Below are positions 11,677 through 22,069 of a stretch of DNA of 64,000 nucleotides, in pieces; the first letter of the stretch is position 1, and each line of letters begins with the position of its first letter. This DNA comes from Nemertoderma westbladi (lineage: Eukaryota; Animalia; Xenacoelomorpha). The stretch lies in assembly GCA_032718475.1 (NCBI GenBank), contig JAUCBJ010003249.1:7988-71987 (forward strand), read 5' to 3'. Under the pieces are notes generated by a model. That model did no database searches. It was not told the DNA's origin and saw nothing but the letters and a program-made list of their open reading frames with translations. A program made the position numbers and the translations under genes.

Positions 11677-12627
11677 ATGTCATCCAAATGTGTCCCCGAA
11701 GGACATACGAAAGAGGAATTAAAATCAAATATAAATATCCCCTCTTCAAATGTTCTACAAATGCTCAATAATGACGCGTGCGGCGACGCTGGCAGTAACA
11801 GCGCCACTCTGCGGTACGAAACAACAACCACACTCTGCCCTGTAATCGACGAATTCCTTGGAGGGGGTTTATTAACCGGTAAACTTACCGAAATATCCGG
11901 TATTAGTTCCAGCGGGAAAACTCAGTTGGGGATGCAACTGAGTCTGGGGGTGCAGCTGTCAGAACAACACGGAGGTTTGTCATCCGGGGCCATATATATA
12001 TGTACGGAGGATAAATTCCCCAGCGGGCGACTTACAGCCCTCGCTAAACACTTTGCCGCCAAGTTCCCCTCAGAGAACCTAACCGAGAAGGGTATGACTG
12101 ACCGCGTATTTGTCACTCATATCGCGGACGCGAGCTCTCTGATTGGCTGTCTGGGCGGTCGTCTTCCTTGTGTTTTGCGACGTGGAGTAACGAGACTGGT
12201 TGTGGTGGACTCTGTCGCAGCTGTGTTCCGTTGCGAGGAATTCCGAGGCGACTGGAAGGCCAAGGATAAACAACTCCAGCAACTTGGTTCCCTGTTAAAG
12301 AAGCTGGCGTTTGAGTTCCGTTGCGCAGTGGTCTGTATTAACCAGGTGACAGCGTCTATGGCCCGGCCTTCCGCCGTGCCCCAGCCCGCGCTCGGCGCCA
12401 CTTGGGCCGCCCTAATTAACTCGCGATTAATGCTCTCCCGTACAGAGCGCGTTTACTCTCGTCGTGGCACCGGTGACGCCGATGAAGGAGTCCCGGCGAA
12501 GTCGGCTAAATACGACGTTGTCGTCCGAAATATCGAGGTGGTTCTGTCGGCTCGACTGCCCAAGGGTCTTTGTGAATTTATTGTGGACGGAGAAGGCGTC
12601 AAGGGAATTACCAAAGTGCCCGTCTAG
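11677..12627 (+). CDS. XRCC3: DNA repair protein XRCC3 (RAD51 paralog), single-exon CDS (316 aa from ATG at 11677)
   Basis: CPVIDEFLGGG, Walker A GISSSGKT, QHGGLSSGAIYICTEDKFP, Walker B LVVVDSVAAVFRCE, CINQVT and PALGATWA match recalled XRCC3 rather than RAD51/DMC1. Confidence 0.92.
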   Translation: MSSKCVPEGHTKEELKSNINIPSSNVLQMLNNDACGDAGSNSATLRYETTTTLCPVIDEFLGGGLLTGKLTEISGISSSGKTQLGMQLSLGVQLSEQHGGLSSGAIYICTEDKFPSGRLTALAKHFAAKFPSENLTEKGMTDRVFVTHIADASSLIGCLGGRLPCVLRRGVTRLVVVDSVAAVFRCEEFRGDWKAKDKQLQQLGSLLKKLAFEFRCAVVCINQVTASMARPSAVPQPALGATWAALINSRLMLSRTERVYSRRGTGDADEGVPAKSAKYDVVVRNIEVVLSARLPKGLCEFIVDGEGVKGITKVPV

Positions 12628-12768
12628 CGAAATACACAACTCATTGTAAATAAATCACTTACGAACTTATCCTTAATGTTGCAATAGTTTTATTTTTACC
12701 GCAGTAATTTTATTTTACTCGTAGTTTTGTAAATTTAAATGTTTTTTTCTGTATAATTTTATACATTA

Positions 12769-15041
12769 CACACGCTGTGCCGGAATAGTGTCGTTATTCA
12801 GGTACCTGGACCTAATTTTTCTACAAATCGTAACGAGATTGCATGAAATTTGAAACATAGATAGTTTCATCTCCCTCCTCCTCCGTGGCTGAGCCAGAAG
12901 TTTTAGTTTTGCTTTCATTCTTTAGCAACAAGAGTTTGCAAAAGGTGTCTCCGTTGATATTGCACAAGCTACAACGCCAGTTATGAACATGATATGATTA
13001 TCATTAACCATAATCATATAATATAATAATCATATGATTATTATTAACTAAAGTTGTAAAATTCCGCCGTGATGGAAGACTTGCCCTCACTATAGACCAG
13101 TTAATGGCATTACCCCATGTAAGAAAGACCCGGGGCTTCTATTTTAAAATTTGGTGGGGGATTACAAAGTTTGCCTCAACGATATATTAGTTTTATTTAT
13201 TTTATACTACCCGTTGGGTAATAACTAACGTTAGTGAGTGAGTGAAAGAAAATAAAGCCACGAGGTTCAGAACACTGTTCCGGTTGGTCAACAGATTCCG
13301 GTTGGATCTGAGGATTCCACTGCACTATATGCACCTCTAGAGAATGTGATTTGCGCTACTTTCATCCCTTCTGTCCTTGGTAGCTCTATGTCAACCTCAG
13401 AGCGAGAACTTTTTGAGTTACCTGTGCGTTTCGGCGGTTTGGCCATTCGGAATCCAAGTAACGCAGCGACACTATCATGTACTGCTTCCCGTGAGGGAAC
13501 TGCAGTAGCAGTTGCAGCAATTAAAGGAATCCATAATTACTCGGAACCAGATCATTTAAGCTGCCTGAAGGAAGCCCAGTACAACCTTCAGTTCCAGAAG
13601 AAAGATAAGGCTGAGGCAGTGCTTGGAATTGTAACTGCAGGCTTCACACCAGACAGAGTGAGAACGATTGAACGTGCTTCTTCCGAACGGGCTTCTGGTT
13701 GGCCAACGGTAGCTCCAGTGGCGCGCCACCAATTCAATTTGTCTGCTAATGAGTTCCTGGATGGCCTATCCCTTAGGTATGGACGACCTCTGGTTAATGG
13801 CCCATCGAAATGCGATGGTTGTGGCGAAGTTTTTAGTACAACCCACGCGCTTGACTGTAAGAAGGGGGGTTTAGTGGCTTTGCGTCACAACGAGGTCAGG
13901 GATACCCAGGGTGCACTATTTAGTTTAGCTTTCCCTGAATCTTGCATATCACGGGAACCTGTAATCAGGGAGGCCAACGAGGAAAGTGGTGTGGAGGGTT
14001 TGCGCGCTGACCTCTCAGTGAGGGGTTACTGGCAGCCACAGAGGCGGGCATTGTACGATGTTCGGGTCGTTGACCCTGATACCCCCACATATGTGGCACG
14101 TCCTGAAGACTCTATCCTACTAGACACGGAAACTCAGAAGAAAAACAAGTAGTAGTACCATGATGCATGTGCTCTCCGGCAAGCAGATTTCACTCCGCTT
14201 GTTGCTACAGTGGACGGTGTACTCGCTCCTGAGTACTCAATGACGGTGAGGAGGCTATCAGAGAGACTGGCTACTAAATGGGCCAAGCCATATACCTGTA
14301 TCATGGGGTGGGTGAGGGCGCGCCTTTCGTTTGGTATCCTAAGGGCGACGTGTGCCTGCTTCAGGGCATCACGCACCAAGTGGAGGTGTGTGGGAGTTAA
14401 GGATGGCGCTGCGATTCCTTTGGGTATCTAAGGAGACCCGATGAGTGCTGACGAGTCAGCATTGTAACTGTAGAGAACGACTTGGATCCCATGTAACACA
14501 ACATAACTTATTTGAGGTGATATTCCGTCTGAATTGCTTTTATGTATTAATAAATAATAGTTAATATAATGTATAATTAATATAGTTATACCAAGGAGAA
14601 CATTGTATTACTATTGCATAGCTACTCGTGAAATAAATATAATCTTCCAGAATATGGTGTATTTATTAAATAGAATAAAATAGCCTCGCGCAAATGCAAA
14701 ACCATGCAACATTCGAACGCTCATATCTCGGCTATTTTACGACAAAATTCAGATTGTGATACATATTTGGAATCCTTGCATGGCCAGCTTTCCGTCATTA
14801 TCAACAAATCGCTATAAGGTTGACGAATAACTGCGGTGTAACTAGTGCAATATCGGCGGAGACACCTTTTTCGAACGCTTGTAGCTAAAGAATGAAAGCG
14901 AAACTAGAAATGAAAGCGAAAGGTGAAACCAACTCTTTTTCAAATTTCATGCAATCTCATTAAGATTTGTAGAAAAATTTAGGAGGGGGGGGGGCAGGTA
15001 CCTGAATTCTGAATAACAACACTATATTCCAGGACATGGTG
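12769..15041. mobile_element. Non-autonomous DNA transposon with long (about 200 bp) imperfect TIRs, TA flanks (Tc1/mariner-like), carrying a nested retroelement fragment
   Basis: 12769-12985 is the diverged reverse complement of about 14826-15041 (shared blocks TTCAGGTACCTG, TTTTTCTACAAATC, GAGATTGCATGAAATTTGAAA, CTTTCATTCTTTAGC, AAAAGGTGTCTCCG, GATATTGCAC). The same terminus occurs alone at about 8618-8642. Confidence 0.75.
13270..14431 (+). mobile_element. CRE-like non-LTR retrotransposon 3' fragment (zinc knuckle plus restriction-like endonuclease), disrupted
   Basis: LPVRFGGLAIRNP, CDGCG...HALDCKKGG...RHNEVRD (CCHC), RADL..RGYW...YDVRV (RLE), then stops at about 14150 before FTPLVATVDG and WVRARLSFGILRAT. 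Confidence 0.85.
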
Positions 15042-15169
15042 TATATAATAACACGCATTGGTCCACGGAAGTCATTGTTGTTTCTTAAGTTGTTGATAAG
15101 GGCTGCGATTAAACATAACCCTCTCTAGAGTCTGAATGAACCAGTTTAGCACCTCTGTAAAATGTCGAG

Positions 15170-15554
15170 GTAGGGTTTGGAGTAGGGTAGGGATGTTTTG
15201 CACTGGGTTTGGAGTAGGGTAGGAATGTTTTGCACTGGGTTTGGAGTAGGGTAGGAATGTTTTGCACTGGGTTTGGAGTAGGGTAGGAATGTTTTGCACT
15301 GGGTTTGGAGTAGGGTAGGAATGTTTTGCACTGGGTTTGGAGTAGGGTAGGGATGTTTTGCACTGGGTTTGGAGTAGGGTAGGAATGTTTTGCACTGGGT
15401 TTGGAGTAGTGTAGGAATGTTTTGCACTGGGTTTGGAGTAGGGTAGGGATGTTTTGCACTGGGTTTGGAGTAGGGTAGGGATGTTTTGCACTGGGTTTGG
15501 AGTAGGGTAGGGATGTTTTGCACTGGGTTTGGAGTAGGGTAGGAATGTTTTGCA
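15170..15554. repeat. 32-bp G-rich minisatellite (GGGTTTGGAGTAGGGTAGGAATGTTTTGCACT), about 12 copies
   Basis: Directly visible tandem array. Confidence 0.95.
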
Positions 15555-15674
15555 CCGGATATAACTTCTTGATATCCGACCGGATCGGATATCCGGAAGA
15601 TTTTGCACGATATCCTGCCATCCTTTTAAATGAGAGAAAACTTTGTGTTTTATTTTGTTTTGTACAGGTAGGTA

Positions 15675-15995
15675 ACGGCTACGTAATGACTACGTTATGC
15701 TTATGTAAAGTCTATGTAATGGATATGTAATGACAAATGTAATGGCTATATAATGACTATCTAATGATTATGTAATGACTATGTAATGGCTATGTAATGA
15801 CTACATAATGAATATGTAATGACTATGTAATGACTATGTAATGGCTATGTAATTACTATGTAATGACTACGTAATCACCACGTAATGGCTATGTAATAAT
15901 TATCTAATGTATATGTAATGACTATGTAATGGCTATGTAATGACTATGTAATGACTATGTAATGACTATTTAATGACTATGTAATGGCTATGTAA
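15675..15995. repeat. 11-bp degenerate minisatellite (ATGACTATGTA)
   Basis: Directly visible tandem array with atgact/atggct variants. Confidence 0.9.
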
Positions 15996-17139
15996 CTAGG
16001 GTCGGTGATATTATTCGCTTCGGAGAGCATTATCAATATCATACTATTATATTATAATATTATATATATTTAATAGTAGACCGCCATTCCATTCCATTCC
16101 AGCCTACAACATTTCATTTATTTTTATTAAATATTTATCGTGGCATTGAAAGGCGACGCTAAAAATTATATTTTATACAAGCCGGCTTAAATGTCATTTT
16201 AACGATAATTTCTAGCTAAAAAGTCGTTTTAACGATAATTAATCACTGTACACACGCACTCTACAATCAGTAGGATACAAGGCGTTCTATAAGAATCCCA
16301 ATTACAGAATTACTTCTTAAACGCCATGGCAGGATGTACTAATTTATGTAATAATCCAATACCTTCTTTGCCGAGAAGAGCCTATGACGCTTGGGCTAAC
16401 ATTACAGCTGGCCAGTAACCATAACTACTTCATAAACAACTTGTCACGTTTTCGCTGGCAGTTATATCACCTCTGTACTCTGCTACTGCTGTAGGCATAC
16501 CGGTACCTAAGTAAGTTCGATTCTTTACTGCAGTACTGAGTGTCTCTCTCTTAAGAGCAGGAACTCTGTTGGTATAATTATAGAAGTAGGACCTACACTA
16601 TGAAATAGGGTTAGTGTAAAAGACTGCAATAGTCCTATTTTTTTGGTACCGGTACAGTTGGTAGTGCGAGTAAGATGGTAAGCGAAGGTTACCTAAGCCG
16701 GTAAGCAGTAGGCCTACACTTACATATACACACCATATATTAAACTTAACGGTGATTACATTGCATTACCGTTGGCATAGTAATTAAATTGGATATCAAC
16801 GGTTGAAGGAAGGAATTAATATTGTAAGCGTATGTTTTATGCTAAGCCACTGTATAGCTAGCTCTACTACTGGGACTGGGTAGAAACTCTACGACGCCAC
16901 ATACGGCCGACAGCCGCTATAATCGTTAAGGGAAATCACCAGATTACACCGGCGCATTCTAACCCAAATAATAAACGAATAATGAACGCGGGTTCCATTT
17001 TATTTTTTGCTTCATGGTAACGGCTTTTCAGTGTAGCGGTTACACGTACTGTACAGTAGCTGTTATGCGAAAATGATATTTTCAATACGTACAGAGTGGA
17101 GTTGCACAGCACCAAGCGTACAGTGGTACAGAATATACC

Positions 17140-17204
17140 CGACCGCGACCGCGACCGCGACCGCGACCGCGACCGCGACCGCGACCGCGACCGCGACCGC
17201 GACC
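17140..17204. repeat. (GACCGC)n hexanucleotide microsatellite about 300 bp upstream of the DYNC2H1 ATG
   Basis: About 10-11 perfect copies. Confidence 0.95.
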
Positions 17205-17503
17205 ATAACTCTAGTTGCCATAGTTTTATATTTCGGAATTATTATGTACAGTATTTTCAATCAAACAAAAATCTATGAAATTTAATTTAATTCTTATATT
17301 TAATACATTAAACCGCTTTCGGGCATAATAATTTCGATAATAATTAAAATTTCAATAATTTCCATAATAATTACCTGGACCTTTGTCCAGGTACAGTACA
17401 TTGCACATGGTATAACAGCTGCAGTATTTTCCAGAACAGACATTCTACACTATTCTTGTAGGTTTAATATACTTGCTGTACCTGTAGAGTTATTATAATA
17501 AGT

Positions 17504-17689
17504 ATGCCGGACCAGCGTAAAGAGTTCGTTGTCAGCGCTGCGTCCCATTTCCTTGCGGTCGGCATCAACGAACAGCCTATGAAAGAGCTCTATGACAGCA
17601 CTGAGCTGAACAACTTCCTGGACGACGGTAACTGCGTTGTCCTCGCAGTAAAGTTGTCTTCAGCGAAACGATTGCAGATATTTAATCAG
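17504..17689 (+). CDS. DYNC2H1: Cytoplasmic dynein-2 heavy chain, coding exon 1
   Basis: MPDQRKEFVVSAASHF...LNNFLDDGNCVVL; donor CAG|GTTAGT, phase 0. Confidence 0.9.
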
Positions 17690-17875
17690 GTTAGTCAAAC
17701 ACTCTTTAACGTCAGTTATTGATTACAAATACCCGTCAGAATGCAGTCGCTGGCAATTTCTCTATTTTTCTCTAAGAAAACTTTCTCAGAAATGTTACAA
17801 TAATTTGAATTTAAAGCATTAGTTTATTTTGATAACTAGAATGGTTTATGCAAAGGATGAGTAGTTAGTTAGTGT

Positions 17876-17889
17876 GTTTCCGTGGTAAC
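17876..17889. promoter_or_regulatory. RFX X-box motif in intron 1 of DYNC2H1
   Basis: GTTTCCGTGGTAAC fits the GTTNCC-NN-GGNAAC X-box consensus, and RFX factors control intraflagellar-transport genes. Weaker matches at 16771, 17008 and 17214. Confidence 0.55.
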
Positions 17890-18114
17890 TGCACTGAAGG
17901 CATATGTTTGTTGGACGATTGAATTTTCAAACTCTTTCTGTATTGATCTACTGCAGTACTGAGCTATCTACTGTATCTATGTAGAAACTAGGCAGGCAGC
18001 TGGGGGAAACTTGTTTAAACGCCACTGGTAAATGTTACTGTATTCTAGAACAGCTATTATTTTAGAAGCCTTTAAGAACTACAGTGGGTATATGAGCGAT
18101 TATCTTAATTTTAG

Positions 18115-18335
18115 GTTGAACATCTAGACGCCAACGAAGGAATTATTATATTCTATAAACACACTCCGGATGTGATATCCCCAGACAATATGCACAGTAA
18201 GGTGCTAGTTACAACCATCACAGAGTCACCACTGTTAACTCTATACCACGCTATACAGAAGATTTACGCTCCAGCACTTCTGCGAGACACTGCTTGGAGT
18301 AAAAATCTTGATCCCAAACTCCAGCACTATATAAG
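18115..18335 (+). CDS. DYNC2H1: DYNC2H1 coding exon 2
   Basis: TTTTAG| VEHLD...ESPLLTLYHAIQKIYAPALLRDTAWSKNLDPKLQ |GTATT; frame continuous with exons 1 and 3. Confidence 0.92.
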
Positions 18336-18479
18336 GTATTTAGAATTATTATGTAAAACCGTAAAACCTAAACACGCTGAAACTTAGCCCAAACCAGGCT
18401 ATCATCCTCCACTGGTCGATAAATGCGAACCAAGGTAACTTGGGAAACGGAGTGGAAGTGTTTTAATGTTGTAGATCAC

Positions 18480-19730
18480 TAGTGTTGAGAACTGTAACTG
18501 TAATTATACTGTAACTGCAACTGTAACTGAATGGTTTTGATGATTTTTTTGATACTGTAACTATAACTGTAACTGTAATTGCGAACTTTGAATACTGTAA
18601 CTGTAACTGAAACTGTAATTACGTATTTGGAATACTGTAACTGAAACTGAAATTAACAAAATCCGATTCAGTTCTCAATCACACAATTAACATGAATAAG
18701 CATTTAAAACAGTATTGTAATAAAGTATAGAGTATAGTTTAATAAATGAATAACAGTGGTTACCATAGGTATCATTTTTAAAACATTGTTATAAAAAAAA
18801 AAACAATCTCGTTTTTTCCACTTCTGAACAAAACCATAATATTACACAATATAAAATCAAAGACCCATTGCCCACTTAGCTCAAATGTGATTTATTTGGA
18901 GAGTCAAGTAGTGAACGAAGATCTAGCATATAGTCTATGTTCATCGGACTCAACTATTAGACTATTATCAGACCTTATCACCACTTTTGTTAATTAATGT
19001 TTTTACCGGTACTATTAATATCATAATCACACTAGAGGCACACTGGAAATTAAATTTTGATCAAGTTTACCATTATAAATTACAAAATTAAACTTAAAAG
19101 TGAAAGGAGCAGCTTATCGAGGTGGGTCTAACGAACCAAAACAATAAAAATATGATTACTAAAACAAATTACGAATTAAGGAAAATGAGCAGGATTCAGA
19201 AGCATGGCTTTATAACCAAAACAATAAATGATAACAATAAGTGTACAAGCACTGAAACAAGATGTACAGTAAAATGTGGGTGCCTTTAGTGTGATCTTGT
19301 GACGTGCCACTTTCATTACATACTATCAGTATATTAGTTACAAAATATTACCATAGCGTGGGTCCAACTTTCCTACAACAACTACCTATTAGCTCTAGAA
19401 AGAGGACGTTTCGTAATGAACATTATTATTAGCGTATATAACAGTAATATATTAAAGTGCCTCATTTTTAGTTTCAGATGACTGCTTACTACATGAGATC
19501 ATATATATTGAATCTATAACTGAAACTGAAACTGAAATGCTCAATTTTGTAATACTGAAACTGTAACTGTAACTGAAATGTTACACTTTGTAATACTGAA
19601 ACTGTAACTGTAACTGAAATGCAAAACTTTGAATACTGAAACTGTAACTGTAACTGAAATGCAAAACTTTGAATACTGAAACTGTAACTGTAACTGAAAT
19701 TAGTCAAAATTGATTCAGTTCTCAACACTA
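18480..19730. mobile_element. Non-autonomous hAT-like transposon in DYNC2H1 intron 2
   Basis: Perfect 15-bp TIRs TAGTGTTGAGAACTG / CAGTTCTCAACACTA, perfect 8-bp TSD TAGATCAC (18472-18479, 19731-19738), subterminal AACTGT/AACTGA arrays. Confidence 0.92.
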
Positions 19731-19929
19731 TAGATCACCCATGGTGGTGTAGAGAACATGTAGGCCTATTCTATTCCCTGGCTTAATAAGCTTGAAAGTT
19801 TCTCATATTCATAATTTAATATTTGTTTTAATTATATTTTTTTTATTTTACATATTGAATTGTGTGATGTAGGTTTATTATTAGACTTGTAGGCTGCGAT
19901 CCTGTCACTAATGTTTATGTTTATTTTAG

Positions 19930-20072
19930 TGAGTTGGAGAAGGGATTGGGAGGATTGTCTCGTCGAACGGGTTCCTCGGGTAAACGTTTAGTTTCCGAAG
20001 ATGAGGACGATGTCTCTAACATTGTCTCCGCTGTGGATGAGTTTCAGTTCTGGGCCGACATGGCGAGTTCAG
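19930..20072 (+). CDS. DYNC2H1: DYNC2H1 coding exon 3 (not in ORF track)
   Basis: TTTTAG| (S)ELEKGLGGLSRR...DEFQFWADMASS |GTAAAC. Confidence 0.92.
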
Positions 20073-20254
20073 GTAAACGTATTAAATAAAGATAATTATA
20101 TTGATTGGTAAAACATAAATATTATATATATATTATTAATATAACAGAAAAAAAGGTGCATAATCACAAATAGCTCTCAAGGTACCCCATCATCTCTATT
20201 TGTGCATATCATCATCAATGGGTGACAATAATCTTTAATAATAAGTCAATAAAT

Positions 20255-20320
20255 GAGTTGTGTCGAACTGATGACCTCCGGGTTGGAAGTCTGACGCTCT
20301 AACTTTTCAGCTAGCGGCTC
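20255..20320 (-). mobile_element. Degenerate tRNA-derived SINE head or tRNA pseudogene
   Basis: Minus strand GAGCCGCTAGCTGAAAAGTTAGAGCGTCAGACTTCCAACCCGGAGGTCATCAGTTCGAC shows A-box and B-box remnants; acceptor stem not intact. Confidence 0.5.
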
Positions 20321-20469
20321 GGGTAAAAGACTACCTGATACCTTGTATGTCCGCAATTTACCTCCTCATGGCCTCCCATATGTCAATCCCACAATCTGCT
20401 GCTACTGTGCTCAACCCTACAGTACTTGGTCGTTTTTAAATTAAGTTTATGGCTGTTTAAGCTTTTTCT

Positions 20470-21560
20470 TGCACAAATATTATTGGTAATTGTGATTGAT
20501 TATGATTACGTTCTACGCATGTCCTTAGACCATCTTAAAAAAGATGGGATATTGGTCTCCGGACAATTCGTACCCGGACAAATCGTACCCGGACAATTCG
20601 TAACAGACAATTCGTACCCGGACAATTCGTACCCGGACAATTCGTAACAGACAATTCGTACCCGGACAATTCGTACCCGGACAATTCGTACCCTAAATTT
20701 TTTTTGACGGGTACGAATTGTCCGGATACTGACTAGTTAAAGTACGCTATATATTGACTAGCTAGTTTTTTGTTAATTTTTTTATTCCAGTACGTATTAT
20801 ATTGATAATGGACATTATTTGTGCCCGAAATATATTTATAATATCTTATAATATCTGAACATATAATTAATAATTGAATCGTTAATTTTTTTATAAATGT
20901 TACAGAACACGTGTTAGTTATCAATTTTGATTGATTTGATTTTGATTCAATATTTTTGTTCTAGAACACATTTTTTTCTAGAACATTTTTTGGAAAAAAT
21001 ACCATCCTACTGTTAGAAGGTCAAATATTTGTTCTAGAAAATAAAACCTACATTATCTGTATCCTGACAATTCGTAGCTCAAATAAATTTGGTGCACACT
21101 ACCTCCTATTTTCTACACATTTTTTAATACCGATTTTTTTACATTTCACCTAGAGCAAAATTTCATCAGCATTCCAAATCTAAAGTCTTTTTGTTTATAT
21201 CTTGTTCCGTTATCGAGATATCGGCCTATAAGACTACTCTAGTCTACAATTCGTCATAAAAAACCCATCATAAAAAAATTTCGGGTACGAATTGTCCGGT
21301 ACGAATTCTCATTCGTACCGGTCGATGGTTCGATGGTAACACCCCCTACTGGCACAAGAAGTAGATGAAATCCAGCAAAGTTCCTTACTGATCAAGACTT
21401 TGCTGATGACTTAGGGGTACTGTCAGAATCACTAGAGGGAGCCCAAAGGCTCCTCTGCTCATTGGAGCAGGTTGCTTCTAGTGTTGGTATTTTTGTAAAT
21501 TCCAAGAAGAGCAAAATCATGACAGTCAACCTCGACTGCCCTCCAGAACTGTCTGATCGT
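20470..21560 (+). mobile_element. RTE-like LINE RT fragment split by a MITE
   Basis: VIVIDY..VLRMSLD...GI before 20553 and FLTDQDFADDLGVLSESLEGAQRLL...GIFVNSKKSKIMTVN after 21350. Same family as 10627-11290 (shared KI.TVN...P...SDR). Confidence 0.75.
20554..21320. mobile_element. MITE/foldback-like element with 15-bp subterminal repeats (GGACAATTCGTACCC)
   Basis: About nine direct copies at 20558-20693 and inverted copies at about 20708-20726 and 21281-21320. Confidence 0.7.
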
Positions 21561-21700
21561 AGTAAGGGCATACGCTCAGGGAGTTGTGGCTTCGCAATTT
21601 TGTCGACTAGCCAGCATAGCATTCTTATATATATGTAATATATATAATGCAGCTGCAATAGTAAGTAGAAAGTTTATAGGTACAAATGTTTTTTTTGCAG

Positions 21701-21925
21701 GGCAGAAACTAAGTTTGAAGGAGCGGGCCCAATACTTCCAGGAATTGTTCGGGTCATTGACCTCGGACTTCCAGTCTCTGGATAGCCACTCTTCGCAGGA
21801 GGTCGTTGACCTTATAGAGACAGTGGAGGGAGTCCTGGATGAACTCTGGAAGCAGGAAGAACACACTCCCCGATACCCGGAGAAACGGATGGCGCATCTG
21901 TTTCAGATGATAGGAGGAGATTTAG
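21701..21925 (+). CDS. DYNC2H1: DYNC2H1 coding exon 4
   Basis: TTTTGCAG| GQKLSLKERAQYFQELF...YPEKRMAHLFQMIGGDL |GTTGGT. Confidence 0.93.
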
Positions 21926-22069
21926 GTTGGTTGTAGTTCGATTAATCATCGCTAAACAATAAACGTTGTTGGCAATCCTGTGACATAAATCTCATTTATC
22001 GCTCTACTGTCCCAAAGTCATATAGATAGTTCTTCAACTTCTGAATTATATACAAATTATATCGACTTA

